Below, piece after piece: positions 24,557-32,775 of a DNA stretch of 64,000 nucleotides; within the stretch, counting starts at the first letter, position 1, and each line of letters begins with the position of its first letter. Below the pieces are notes generated by a model, which was not told the origin of the DNA, did no database searches, and saw only the letters and a program-made list of their open reading frames with translations. Origin of the DNA: an uncultured Candidatus Peribacteria bacterium (lineage in GTDB: Bacteria > Patescibacteriota > Gracilibacteria > Peribacterales > Peribacteraceae); NCBI GenBank assembly GCA_964534565.1, contig CAZHON010000001.1, positions 36,152 through 100,151 of the forward strand, in the 5' to 3' direction. The position numbers and the translations under genes are program-made.

Positions 24557-24871
24557 GAGCGCAGCCGGATTGCTGTGTTGTAAATGATCTGCAAAATTCC
24601 CCCGTTCGCAGTGGGGGCGGTGAAGGCTGAGTTCTACGATTTTTTAGTTCAGCCGTCGCCCCACTCGATTAGAGTTCTTCTTAATGGAGACGACGAGGGC
24701 GACGCAGTGCATCACTGGCCGGACTTTACCCTTGTGGCTGTTTTAAGAGCAAGAGGGGAGATATTATGTAATGAACTAGTATTGACGATTGTCAATATTC
24801 TAGGCACACTAAAGGTAGTCAGTTCCGCGCACGATGCGCAAACGACTGTCACTGCATGTAGGAGTAAAAGC

Positions 24872-25096
24872 GTGGCAACTGTTCTTTTGGAAGAAGTTGA
24901 AGAGGTCCACATTGATAAGGTTCCCGAACACGTTCACGAACGTCTACGGACTCTCTATCAATACACGGAAATTGAAGCAGATCGTGCCTCAATAAACTTC
25001 TTCAGACGGTTAATCACATCGAAGCATGGGAACAAGAAAAAGTACCCCATCAAAGATGTAAACGAGGAACTCACTGAATTCCTCCAGCGAATATAG
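24872..25096 (+). CDS. Hypothetical small protein (74 aa, GTG start)
   Basis: This is the 3' part of ORF 24584-25096. AGGAG lies 8 nt upstream of the GTG, and a terminator hairpin follows. Confidence 0.35.
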   Translation: MATVLLEEVEEVHIDKVPEHVHERLRTLYQYTEIEADRASINFFRRLITSKHGNKKKYPIKDVNEELTEFLQRI

Positions 25097-25123
25097 GGCT
25101 CTAGCCCGTTCGCAACGAAACAT

Positions 25124-25156
25124 CGCCGGCGGCCACTCATCTGAGGGCTGCCGGCG
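25124..25156 (+). terminator. GC-rich hairpin terminator candidate
   Basis: CGCCGGCGGCC-ACTCATCTGAG-GGCTGCCGGCG followed by TTAATTTA. Confidence 0.5.
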
Positions 25157-25304
25157 TTAATTTATAAGCCAAGAAAACGAAGTTTGACGCAATAAAATTC
25201 TATTGTAATACGTTAAAACAGGGGGAGAATGAGGATAGTTCTATGCGTCGCAGAGCACGAAGCTCTCGAGCCTCTAGGACTCGCTCAACATAGGATGGAA
25301 TCTT

Positions 25305-25520
25305 ATGGGCGCTCTTTTACATCCCCGATCGGGGAGCAAGGTGTCATCCCTTCTGAACGGCGCGCAACTGCTCGCTGCGATGGGGGCGCAAGAGCCACTG
25401 ATCGATCGATGGCTTTTGCTGACATTGAAACGAATGGCAGCTGAAGGCGAGAGAGCCATAGGCTCTCAAGTCCAAAGACTCCCGTTCGACAACCTTGCGG
25501 GCGACGAATCTCTCAACTGA
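25305..25520 (+). CDS. Hypothetical small protein (71 aa)
   Basis: An ORF-track entry followed by a clean intrinsic terminator. Confidence 0.35.
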   Translation: MGALLHPRSGSKVSSLLNGAQLLAAMGAQEPLIDRWLLLTLKRMAAEGERAIGSQVQRLPFDNLAGDESLN

Positions 25521-25551
25521 TTCGTTGCTTCGCACTTCGGTGCACTTCGGT

Positions 25552-25581
25552 CCGGCGCGCTCTGCGCCGGATCGATTTTTT
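25552..25581 (+). terminator. Intrinsic terminator
   Basis: CCGGCGC-GCTCT-GCGCCGG, then ATCGA and TTTTTT. Confidence 0.7.
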
Positions 25582-25590
25582 CGTTTCCTT

Positions 25591-25640
25591 CTTTGTACAC
25601 TTCTATACTTTTACACTTCTATACTTCTATACTTCTCCCG
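25591..25640 (+). repeat. Tandem ACACTTCTATACTT / CTATACTTCT units forming the cysS promoter
   Basis: CTTTGTACACTTCTATACTTTTACACTTCTATACTTCTATACTTCTCCCG-ATG. The last TATACT (25628-25633) is 7 nt from the ATG. Confidence 0.7.
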
Positions 25641-27149
25641 ATGCCACTCCGACTCTACAACTCACTGACCAAGAAAGATGAAGATGTGATTCCTCAGAAG
25701 AAGAAAGAGATCACGATGTACACCTGTGGTCCGACGGTCTATGGGCGTCCTCACATCGGAAACTATTCCAGCTTCCTCATGGCCGATCTTCTTCGACGTT
25801 GGCTCGAAGTTGGTCATGGTCTTTCCGTGAAGCATGTGAAAAATATTACGGACGTCGGTCACCTTGTTGCCGATGCCGACAGCGGCGAAGACAAAGTAGA
25901 GAAGCAGGCGAAAATTTTTGCAAAAGAAAAAAGAGGGGAGAGTGCCGTGGTCACACACGACGATGTGATTGCAGTCGCACGTATGTACGAAGAGCAGTAC
26001 GTGGAAGATGAGAAGAATCTCCGCTTCCTAGAGCCCTTCGCACGACCACGTGCTTCTGAGTATGTTGAGCAAATGAAGGAGATGATTACGCAGCTTTTGA
26101 AAGATGGTCACGCGTACGCAGTGTCCGATGGAATTTATTTTGATGTGACGTCGAAACTCAAAACCCCCTACGGAACACTCTCCGGAAATAAACTCGAAGA
26201 CCTCAACGCAGGTTCACGCGTGGAAGTGAAAGAAGAAAAACATCATCCTGCGGATTTCGCTCTGTGGAAATTCTGCGTTGGCTTCAACGAACATCACTTC
26301 CTTCGTTGGGAATCACCCGCGTCTCCGACAGGAGAGAAGTTTCCCGAAGGATTCCCGGGCTGGCACATCGAGTGCAGTGCGATGAGTCGATCACTCCTTG
26401 GAGATACCATCGATATTCACACCGGAGGAGAGGACAACATCTTCCCGCATCACGAATGTGAGATCGCGCAGTCCGAGAGCGTGACCGGAAAACAGTTCGT
26501 AAAACTGTGGCTGCACAAGCGTCGCATCCAAATGGGCGAGAAAAGTATGTCAAAGAGCCTTGGCAACGTGTTAACGATTCCAGACATGATTGCCAAAGGA
26601 TACAGCCCAATGGACGTTCGCTACTACTTCCTCTCCGTGCATTACCGCACACAGCTGAAGTTTAGTGAAGAAGGATTGGAAGGCGCAAAGAAAGAACGTA
26701 CACGCATCGTCGAATGGTTCACCGACATTCGTCGTCGTGCGAGCAATGCACAACTTTCCTACGAAGAACTCGCTGCATCGAATGCGTCGTGCGAGGCGCT
26801 CGAAAAATTCAAAGAGGCGATGGATGATGACCTCAACACTTCAAACGCGCGTGCGGTCATTTTTGAAGGAATGACAAATTATTTTAAGTACACCGACACC
26901 GGAGGAGAGTTGAATCATCAACAACTGAAAGAGCTCGCAACATTCGCAGAGTTGGTAAGCAAAACATTCGGCTGTTTCGATATTGATGACGAGTCGATTC
27001 CTGAGGATGTTCAAGCATTGATTGATGAGCGCGCAGCGGCACGAAATGCAAAAGACTTTGCAGCCAGCGATCGGCTTCGTGAAGCCATTTTTTCGAAGGG
27101 CTACGAAGTGAAAGATGTGAAGGAAGGACAGCGTATTCGAAAGCTCTAG
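25641..27149 (+). CDS. cysS: Cysteinyl-tRNA synthetase
   Basis: MYTCGPTVYGRPHIGN (HIGH region), GWHIECSAM, KMSKSLGN (KMSKS). The start is trimmed to MPLRLYNS. Confidence 0.9.
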   Translation: MPLRLYNSLTKKDEDVIPQKKKEITMYTCGPTVYGRPHIGNYSSFLMADLLRRWLEVGHGLSVKHVKNITDVGHLVADADSGEDKVEKQAKIFAKEKRGESAVVTHDDVIAVARMYEEQYVEDEKNLRFLEPFARPRASEYVEQMKEMITQLLKDGHAYAVSDGIYFDVTSKLKTPYGTLSGNKLEDLNAGSRVEVKEEKHHPADFALWKFCVGFNEHHFLRWESPASPTGEKFPEGFPGWHIECSAMSRSLLGDTIDIHTGGEDNIFPHHECEIAQSESVTGKQFVKLWLHKRRIQMGEKSMSKSLGNVLTIPDMIAKGYSPMDVRYYFLSVHYRTQLKFSEEGLEGAKKERTRIVEWFTDIRRRASNAQLSYEELAASNASCEALEKFKEAMDDDLNTSNARAVIFEGMTNYFKYTDTGGELNHQQLKELATFAELVSKTFGCFDIDDESIPEDVQALIDERAAARNAKDFAASDRLREAIFSKGYEVKDVKEGQRIRKL

Positions 27150-27265
27150 TCAGGTTGAGTTGACGTAGCAAAAACGCTCTGTACTCTGTGGGCCCCTGCA
27201 GTCGGTGTTCGATTGTAATAGGGTCCCCCGGTTTTTCATTTCATCTACTCAAGGAGGTTCCAGCC

Positions 27266-27550
27266 ATGCTGGTCCTGTCACGGAAGAAGAACGAAAGTAT
27301 CGTGATCAACAACGACATCACTCTCGTCGTCGTCGAAATTCGCGGCGACAAAGTGAGACTCGGAGTTGAGGCACCCAAAGAGGTGCCCGTCCATCGACGC
27401 GAAGTCTACGAAGCAATTCAAAGGGCTCCCAAGCCCGATGATGACGAAGTGCCGAAGGAGACTCCTTCCACTCCTCCTGTGCGTCAGCACAATCCGCCGC
27501 CTCGAACCGATCGTGGTCGACGACGCGCAGACCGCAGAAAAGGAGCGTAG
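27266..27550 (+). CDS. csrA: Carbon storage regulator CsrA with a long basic, Pro-rich C-terminal tail
   Basis: MLVLSRKKNESIVINNDITLVVVEIRGDKVRLGVEAPKEVPVHRREVYE is canonical CsrA. It is one of the few genes here with a strong SD (AAGGAGG 8 nt upstream). Confidence 0.8.
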   Translation: MLVLSRKKNESIVINNDITLVVVEIRGDKVRLGVEAPKEVPVHRREVYEAIQRAPKPDDDEVPKETPSTPPVRQHNPPPRTDRGRRRADRRKGA

Positions 27551-27581
27551 TAGATTGATGTATCAATCGGGTCATCAGATG

Positions 27582-27612
27582 TCGGTGTGTTTCTCTCTGA
27601 GAAACACACCGA
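27582..27612 (+). terminator. Hairpin terminator candidate after csrA
   Basis: TCGGTGTGTTTCTC-TCTG-AGAAACACACCGA. Confidence 0.6.
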
Positions 27613-28338
27613 TTGCCCGTGTTCGCCATTGGGTTTCTTTATTGCCACTTATAGCCTATTTTAGACATTTCTATTGAGAAAAATGGCGAGAAAAGACAAG
27701 TTTACTTAACAAAATGTTAATTTATATTACCTAACTAAAAATAGCGGCCCCGAGCCAAACTCATTTCGAACATAAGAACAAATAATTTCAACAACAATTG
27801 AGGGGGCAATTTCCTTCGGCCAAACGCCGTTTTGACCAAGAATTCAAACGAGAAATCGTCAAATTAAGACATTTTAAAGCCTCCAATAGCATTTCCATTC
27901 CAAGACCATGCGTAACACATGGCTTCCCTGGCCGTTTGTACTCATGCACATGCAGTGCGCAGGTGCTTGCGGGGCAGTAATGCCTATCGCTACCATCTCC
28001 GCTGATCCGCCTCCTCACGGGGGTGAGGTCCTGTGTCAAGGATCTTTCACAACTCGGCAGCTCGCCTTTCCATCTACGGATGGAATGACAAGTTTTCCAC
28101 ACTTCCACTTCCTTATATATAAGGCTGCGGGGGTCGTGCTCACTCCAGTTGTTGAATTGCTTCCCGCACTCACGTGCGCGGCGGCGTCGTGTGTATCCCT
28201 CTTTAGTTGTAAGGAGATGCGCAAAAGTTTGTCGCCCTCCCCAACACCGACACCCGTCGATCTAACGAAGCGATCCTTCCTCTGACATCAACTACACACA
28301 GATCACATCTTCTATTTCTTTTTTTCTTCTCCCCTTCT

Positions 28339-31300
28339 ATGAACGTTTCTTTTAAGAAAATGTTCGCAGGAGTGTCTGCTGTTGCAGCAACTGTCGCCCT
28401 CATGGGTTCCGCAGTCGCCGCTTACAGCGACGTTCCAGCAGGGGCTTGGTACGGAGAGGCAGTCAAGTCCTTCACGGACGCTGGCTACCTTGACGGCACC
28501 CAGCCTAAGTTCCGCGGTGGCGATACAGCCAACCGTGCAGAATTCATCAAGCTCTTGGTCGAGCTCAACGGTGGAATCCTTTCCACTCCGCCAGCTGTTC
28601 CAAGCTTCGATGACGTAGCTCCAGGAGCCTGGTACTACGGATACATGGAGGAAGCAGGCAAAGAGGCATGGGTAAAAGGTGATGGCAACTGCTACGGCAG
28701 CCACCCTTGCTACGCACGCCCAGGTGCTTCCATCAACCGCGCTGAAGCAGCAGCTCTCATCGTCCGCGCCTTCGGGCTCACGGCGACGGGTGACGCTCCT
28801 CAGTTCGTTGATAACCCATCCGGCCAGTGGTACACGAGCGCAATCCAGACTGCTGCAGACGCTTGCGTCTTGCAGGGTAACGATGGACGCGTTCGCCCAT
28901 CTGACATGATGAACCGCGCTGAAATGGTCACGATGCTTTACCGCGTCGACCAGAACTTGTCATACGGACAGGACTGTGGAGGTTCCACGTCTGCATCCCC
29001 AATGATCAAGAGCGCAGTTGCAACATCAGCAACAACAGTGGAAGTCGAATTCACAGTTGACGTCGACGCTACTGTTTCCATGGACAAGTCTAACTACACA
29101 GTGACGAACAAGAACGGATCCAAGGTGACCGTTTCTTCCGTTTCTAAGGTTAGCTCTTCCGTTGTTGAGCTCACGCTCGACTCCGGTTTGTCCGCTGGTG
29201 ACAAGTACACTGTTTCCGTTGAAGACATGAAGTCTTCCGACGGTGACATGTTCTCTGACTCCGCAGACTTCTCTGGATTCACGTCCGTTCCAAAGGGCAA
29301 CGGAACCCTCGAGGTTTCTCTTGCTGCGAACAACCCATCCGGTGACACGATTCCTCGTGGCGCAGTTGGTGTGACGTTGGCTTCCATCGATATGACGGCT
29401 TCTTGCGACGATTCCGTTTCTCTCCAGCAGCTCACTGTCCTTCACGAAGGATTCGGTGACGAGCAGGACATCGACGGTCTCTACGCTTCCGTTGACGGTG
29501 CTCGCGTATCCCGCAAGCGCACAATCGACAGCCAGAACCAGACATCCGATCTTCGCTTCGCAAGCCAGCTCAACATCCCAGCTTGTGGCACAGTGACAGT
29601 CGACATCATGGCCGACTTCAACTCCACAGCAGTTGTTTCTGGTGAGCACAACGTGACGGTTGAATTGCCTACAGACGTTGATTCCAACGCTAAGGCAGTA
29701 ACAGGAAACTTCCCTTTGCGCGGTGCAACATTCAAGGTTGCTGCTGTGACAAGCGGAAAGATCACTGTTAGCTACCGCACAGTTACACCAGATAAGGTTG
29801 AAGTAGGCGACAAGGCTATGGTCGTTGGTCGCTTCGAACTCAACACGAACTCTGTTGAAGATCAGACAATCTACTCCATGACACTCGAGCAGAACGGTTC
29901 TGCTGGTGATGGCGACATCACGAACATCAAGATCCGCCGCTCCGACGGCACAGTGCTCACGAACGCAGCAGCTTCAACTGTTGGCGACTTCGTCACACTC
30001 GTCTTCGATCCTCCATTCACAGTTCTCCAGGGTGACAAGATCACAATGGAAGTTGTGGCTGACGTTTCCGGAGGCGCTTCAAACACAGTTGTCATGCACT
30101 TCGAAGAGTCTTCTGACCTCTTCGCAGTCGGTAGCCTCTACGGTTACGGAGTGAATGGCCAGCTTTACGGCTCCCAGGTCACAATCCCAACCGATAGCGC
30201 TACAACAGTGACAATCGATGCAGGTCAGTTCACTGTCGAAGTCGACGGTCCTGTCCAGCAGAAGTACACACGCGATGACAACAACGCAGTGCTCGCTAAT
30301 ATCGTCTTCACGACGGGTGGTGAGTCCGTTGATCTCAAGAAGCTCTTCGTTGCAATCCAGGGCCAGACATCTACGGGTGCAGGTCTCGGTGTTGGTAACG
30401 ACGTAAGCACGGTTCTCGAGAACGTCCAGTTGCGCAACAAGACGACAGGCCAGACAATCTCTGCTGTTCGTCAGACTTCCAACACGACGGATCGCGACTC
30501 CACAGCAACACAGACGTACCAGGTTTACCGCTTCGACGACTTCGTCGTGAAGGGCAAGGAAACATGGGAACTCCGCGTTGACTTCATCAACAACGGTTCT
30601 ACTTCTCACCCAAAGAACGGTGACAAGTTCAAGGCAATCGTTTGTGGTGAGCCACAGTCCATCTTGGGCACAGACAACTCTTTGTCCTCCAACCCAGATG
30701 GTTGTAACTTCGGTTTGACCGGAATCAACTCTTTGGCTTCCAAGAACTACCAGATGGAAGTCGAAGGTCTTTCCACAGGTGACTCTGTCGGTGATGTTCG
30801 CCCACGCGGAAACATCGCAGGCAACTTCCACCGCATTTCCACTCCACAGCTTAACGTTGCTGTGAAGGGATCTGTTGCTACAGACACAGCTGTGAAGAAC
30901 TCCAAGGACGTCAACTTGTTCCGCTTCGAGGCTCGCGCCGGTGAAGCTCAGGACATTTTGTTCACCAAGGCAGTCTTCAAGGCTACAAGCGGATCTCTCT
31001 TCAACGGCCAGAACTACTCCTTGTGGGTAGACACGGACGGTGACGGAAAGGTCGACACTGCAATCGAAAAGGGTAAGTCTGCTCAGTCGAGCAAGATTTC
31101 CTTCGATAGCCTCACAGGTGGTGGCTACGTCATCCCTGCTGAACAAGCTACGACATTCGAAGTGCACGCTGATATCGCTTCCTCTCTCGTCAACGGTGAC
31201 CTCAAGATCGGATTTGATTCCGGTTCCACAGGCTTCATCGAGGCAGAACAGGTTGATAACGGTTCCAGCTTGTCCGGTTACACAATCAACGGCAGCACAT

Positions 31301-32553
31301 CTTGCGCTGTTGTGTGCTCCACGTCTGCTGACTTCATCGTCACAACGTCGAACGCAACTGTGACGGACTACATCTTGGTTAGCCAGGGTGACCTCTTCGT
31401 TTCTAAGGACACGACGCCAGCTCGCGCTCACCAGCTCCTCGGTGGAACACTTGGTGACGCAGTTCTCCGCATCTTGATGCGCGCTCAGAACGAAGACGTC
31501 GATGTTACAAACCTCCAGGTGACATCTTCCGGTTCGACAACTTCCTCCGTGGATCGCCTCGAACTCTACAAGGAAGGTTCCGCTACAGCATTCGCTACGG
31601 CTACGACTTCCGGTTGTGGCTCTGACCAGGTTTTGACGGTCAACCCAGGTGCTGGCAACGCAACTGTGCAGACATTCTGCGCAAACATGCAGAGCCACCA
31701 GTTGGTGATCCCAGACGGTCAGCGCATCGCAGTCTTGGTCCGCCCACGCATGAAGACAGACGACGCAGGTGCACAGTCCAGCACTTCACCTCTCGCCTTC
31801 TTCATCACGAAGACAGCTGTTTCTAACAGCACCACAGGTTCCGGAGCAGTCCGCGCTCGTGGTCTCCAGTCCAGCAACGACCTCTCCGCTAACGGCGGCG
31901 ATACGTCTGCTGACGGAGAAATCTTCATCGGTACAGACAGCGCTACGACGAACAGCAACATTGTTGGAAACAACAACAACGTTGTTCTCTCCAAGCTCGC
32001 CTCTATCGTGAACGCAGGTCCTGCAGACGGCACAGCTGTTCCATCAGGTGCTGGTAAGCAGATCGGTGCATTCCGCTTCACCACAATGGCTGCAAGCAAC
32101 TTGTTCAACGGTCCTAACAAGTGGACACTCTCTGGCGTGATCTTCAACATCACTGCTACGAACGTTGACTTCGACTCTTCTGCCTTCAAGATCTACAACA
32201 CGAAGGACACGTCGAGCCGCGTTGCTTGTACGACAGTCGGTGCAACCGGATCATCCGGTGCTCTCGTTGTTCGCTGTGATAACCTCGCTGTCTCTGGCAG
32301 CGCGATCTCAACAGCAATCAACCCGAACGACAGCGCAACATTCGTTCTTGAAGGTTCCATCACGAACCCAAACACAGGAACGAACCAGTCTACGCTCCAG
32401 GTCTCTCTCCAGAACTTCAACACGATCACGAACACAACGTTCAGTTCTGCAACAAGCCACATTCAGTGGCTCGATCAGGACACGCAAATCGCGATCTTCA
32501 ACTGGGTTGAGTCCGATGACGTCAGCGTCTTCTCTACCACATACCGTGGTTAA
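28339..32553 (+). CDS. S-layer-type surface protein (1404 aa) with an N-terminal signal peptide and three SLH repeats
   Basis: The signal peptide is MNVSFKKMFAGVSAVAATVALMGSAVAA. The SLH motifs are YSDVPAGAWYGEAVKSFTDAGYLDG, FDDVAPGAWYYGYMEEA and FVDNPSGQWYTSAIQTAADACVLQG, each followed by NRAE. The rest is a Thr/Ser/Val/Gly-rich beta-rich body with strong codon bias. A ~200-nt or longer leader precedes it. Confidence 0.8.
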   Translation: MNVSFKKMFAGVSAVAATVALMGSAVAAYSDVPAGAWYGEAVKSFTDAGYLDGTQPKFRGGDTANRAEFIKLLVELNGGILSTPPAVPSFDDVAPGAWYYGYMEEAGKEAWVKGDGNCYGSHPCYARPGASINRAEAAALIVRAFGLTATGDAPQFVDNPSGQWYTSAIQTAADACVLQGNDGRVRPSDMMNRAEMVTMLYRVDQNLSYGQDCGGSTSASPMIKSAVATSATTVEVEFTVDVDATVSMDKSNYTVTNKNGSKVTVSSVSKVSSSVVELTLDSGLSAGDKYTVSVEDMKSSDGDMFSDSADFSGFTSVPKGNGTLEVSLAANNPSGDTIPRGAVGVTLASIDMTASCDDSVSLQQLTVLHEGFGDEQDIDGLYASVDGARVSRKRTIDSQNQTSDLRFASQLNIPACGTVTVDIMADFNSTAVVSGEHNVTVELPTDVDSNAKAVTGNFPLRGATFKVAAVTSGKITVSYRTVTPDKVEVGDKAMVVGRFELNTNSVEDQTIYSMTLEQNGSAGDGDITNIKIRRSDGTVLTNAAASTVGDFVTLVFDPPFTVLQGDKITMEVVADVSGGASNTVVMHFEESSDLFAVGSLYGYGVNGQLYGSQVTIPTDSATTVTIDAGQFTVEVDGPVQQKYTRDDNNAVLANIVFTTGGESVDLKKLFVAIQGQTSTGAGLGVGNDVSTVLENVQLRNKTTGQTISAVRQTSNTTDRDSTATQTYQVYRFDDFVVKGKETWELRVDFINNGSTSHPKNGDKFKAIVCGEPQSILGTDNSLSSNPDGCNFGLTGINSLASKNYQMEVEGLSTGDSVGDVRPRGNIAGNFHRISTPQLNVAVKGSVATDTAVKNSKDVNLFRFEARAGEAQDILFTKAVFKATSGSLFNGQNYSLWVDTDGDGKVDTAIEKGKSAQSSKISFDSLTGGGYVIPAEQATTFEVHADIASSLVNGDLKIGFDSGSTGFIEAEQVDNGSSLSGYTINGSTSCAVVCSTSADFIVTTSNATVTDYILVSQGDLFVSKDTTPARAHQLLGGTLGDAVLRILMRAQNEDVDVTNLQVTSSGSTTSSVDRLELYKEGSATAFATATTSGCGSDQVLTVNPGAGNATVQTFCANMQSHQLVIPDGQRIAVLVRPRMKTDDAGAQSSTSPLAFFITKTAVSNSTTGSGAVRARGLQSSNDLSANGGDTSADGEIFIGTDSATTNSNIVGNNNNVVLSKLASIVNAGPADGTAVPSGAGKQIGAFRFTTMAASNLFNGPNKWTLSGVIFNITATNVDFDSSAFKIYNTKDTSSRVACTTVGATGSSGALVVRCDNLAVSGSAISTAINPNDSATFVLEGSITNPNTGTNQSTLQVSLQNFNTITNTTFSSATSHIQWLDQDTQIAIFNWVESDDVSVFSTTYRG

Positions 32554-32594
32554 TAGGGCCTGAGTCATTCGTATCCCGCGCGATACATCCAATC

Positions 32595-32620
32595 AGCCCC
32601 CTCGCAAGAGGGGGCTTTTT
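32595..32620 (+). terminator. Intrinsic terminator of the S-layer gene
   Basis: AGCCCCCTC-GCAA-GAGGGGGCT followed by TTTTT. Confidence 0.85.
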
Positions 32621-32748
32621 GGTTAAAGCGCTTAGGGGAACCTGCGGTTCCCCTCCGCGAATCACCCCTCCCTCAAAGGTGTTCCTCCAGCGAAGCAAAG
32701 CTCCGCTTCGGAACGATTCGTTATGTTGCCTGCGGGCGTTCATCTTTG

Positions 32749-32775
32749 TGTCACTTCGAGCGGAGCGAGAAGTCT
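32749..32775. repeat. 27-nt repeat, copy B (inverted relative to copy A)
   Basis: TGTCACTTCGAGCGGAGCGAGAAGTCT is the exact reverse complement of 285-311. Confidence 0.7.

Noticed and set aside
25591-25640. A CRISPR array or minisatellite, suggested by the tandem CTTCTATAC units (also at 8766-8918).
   Set aside because: The units are 9 to 14 nt with no spacers and no cas genes. They sit exactly at promoter distance from start codons, so I interpret them as promoter repeats.
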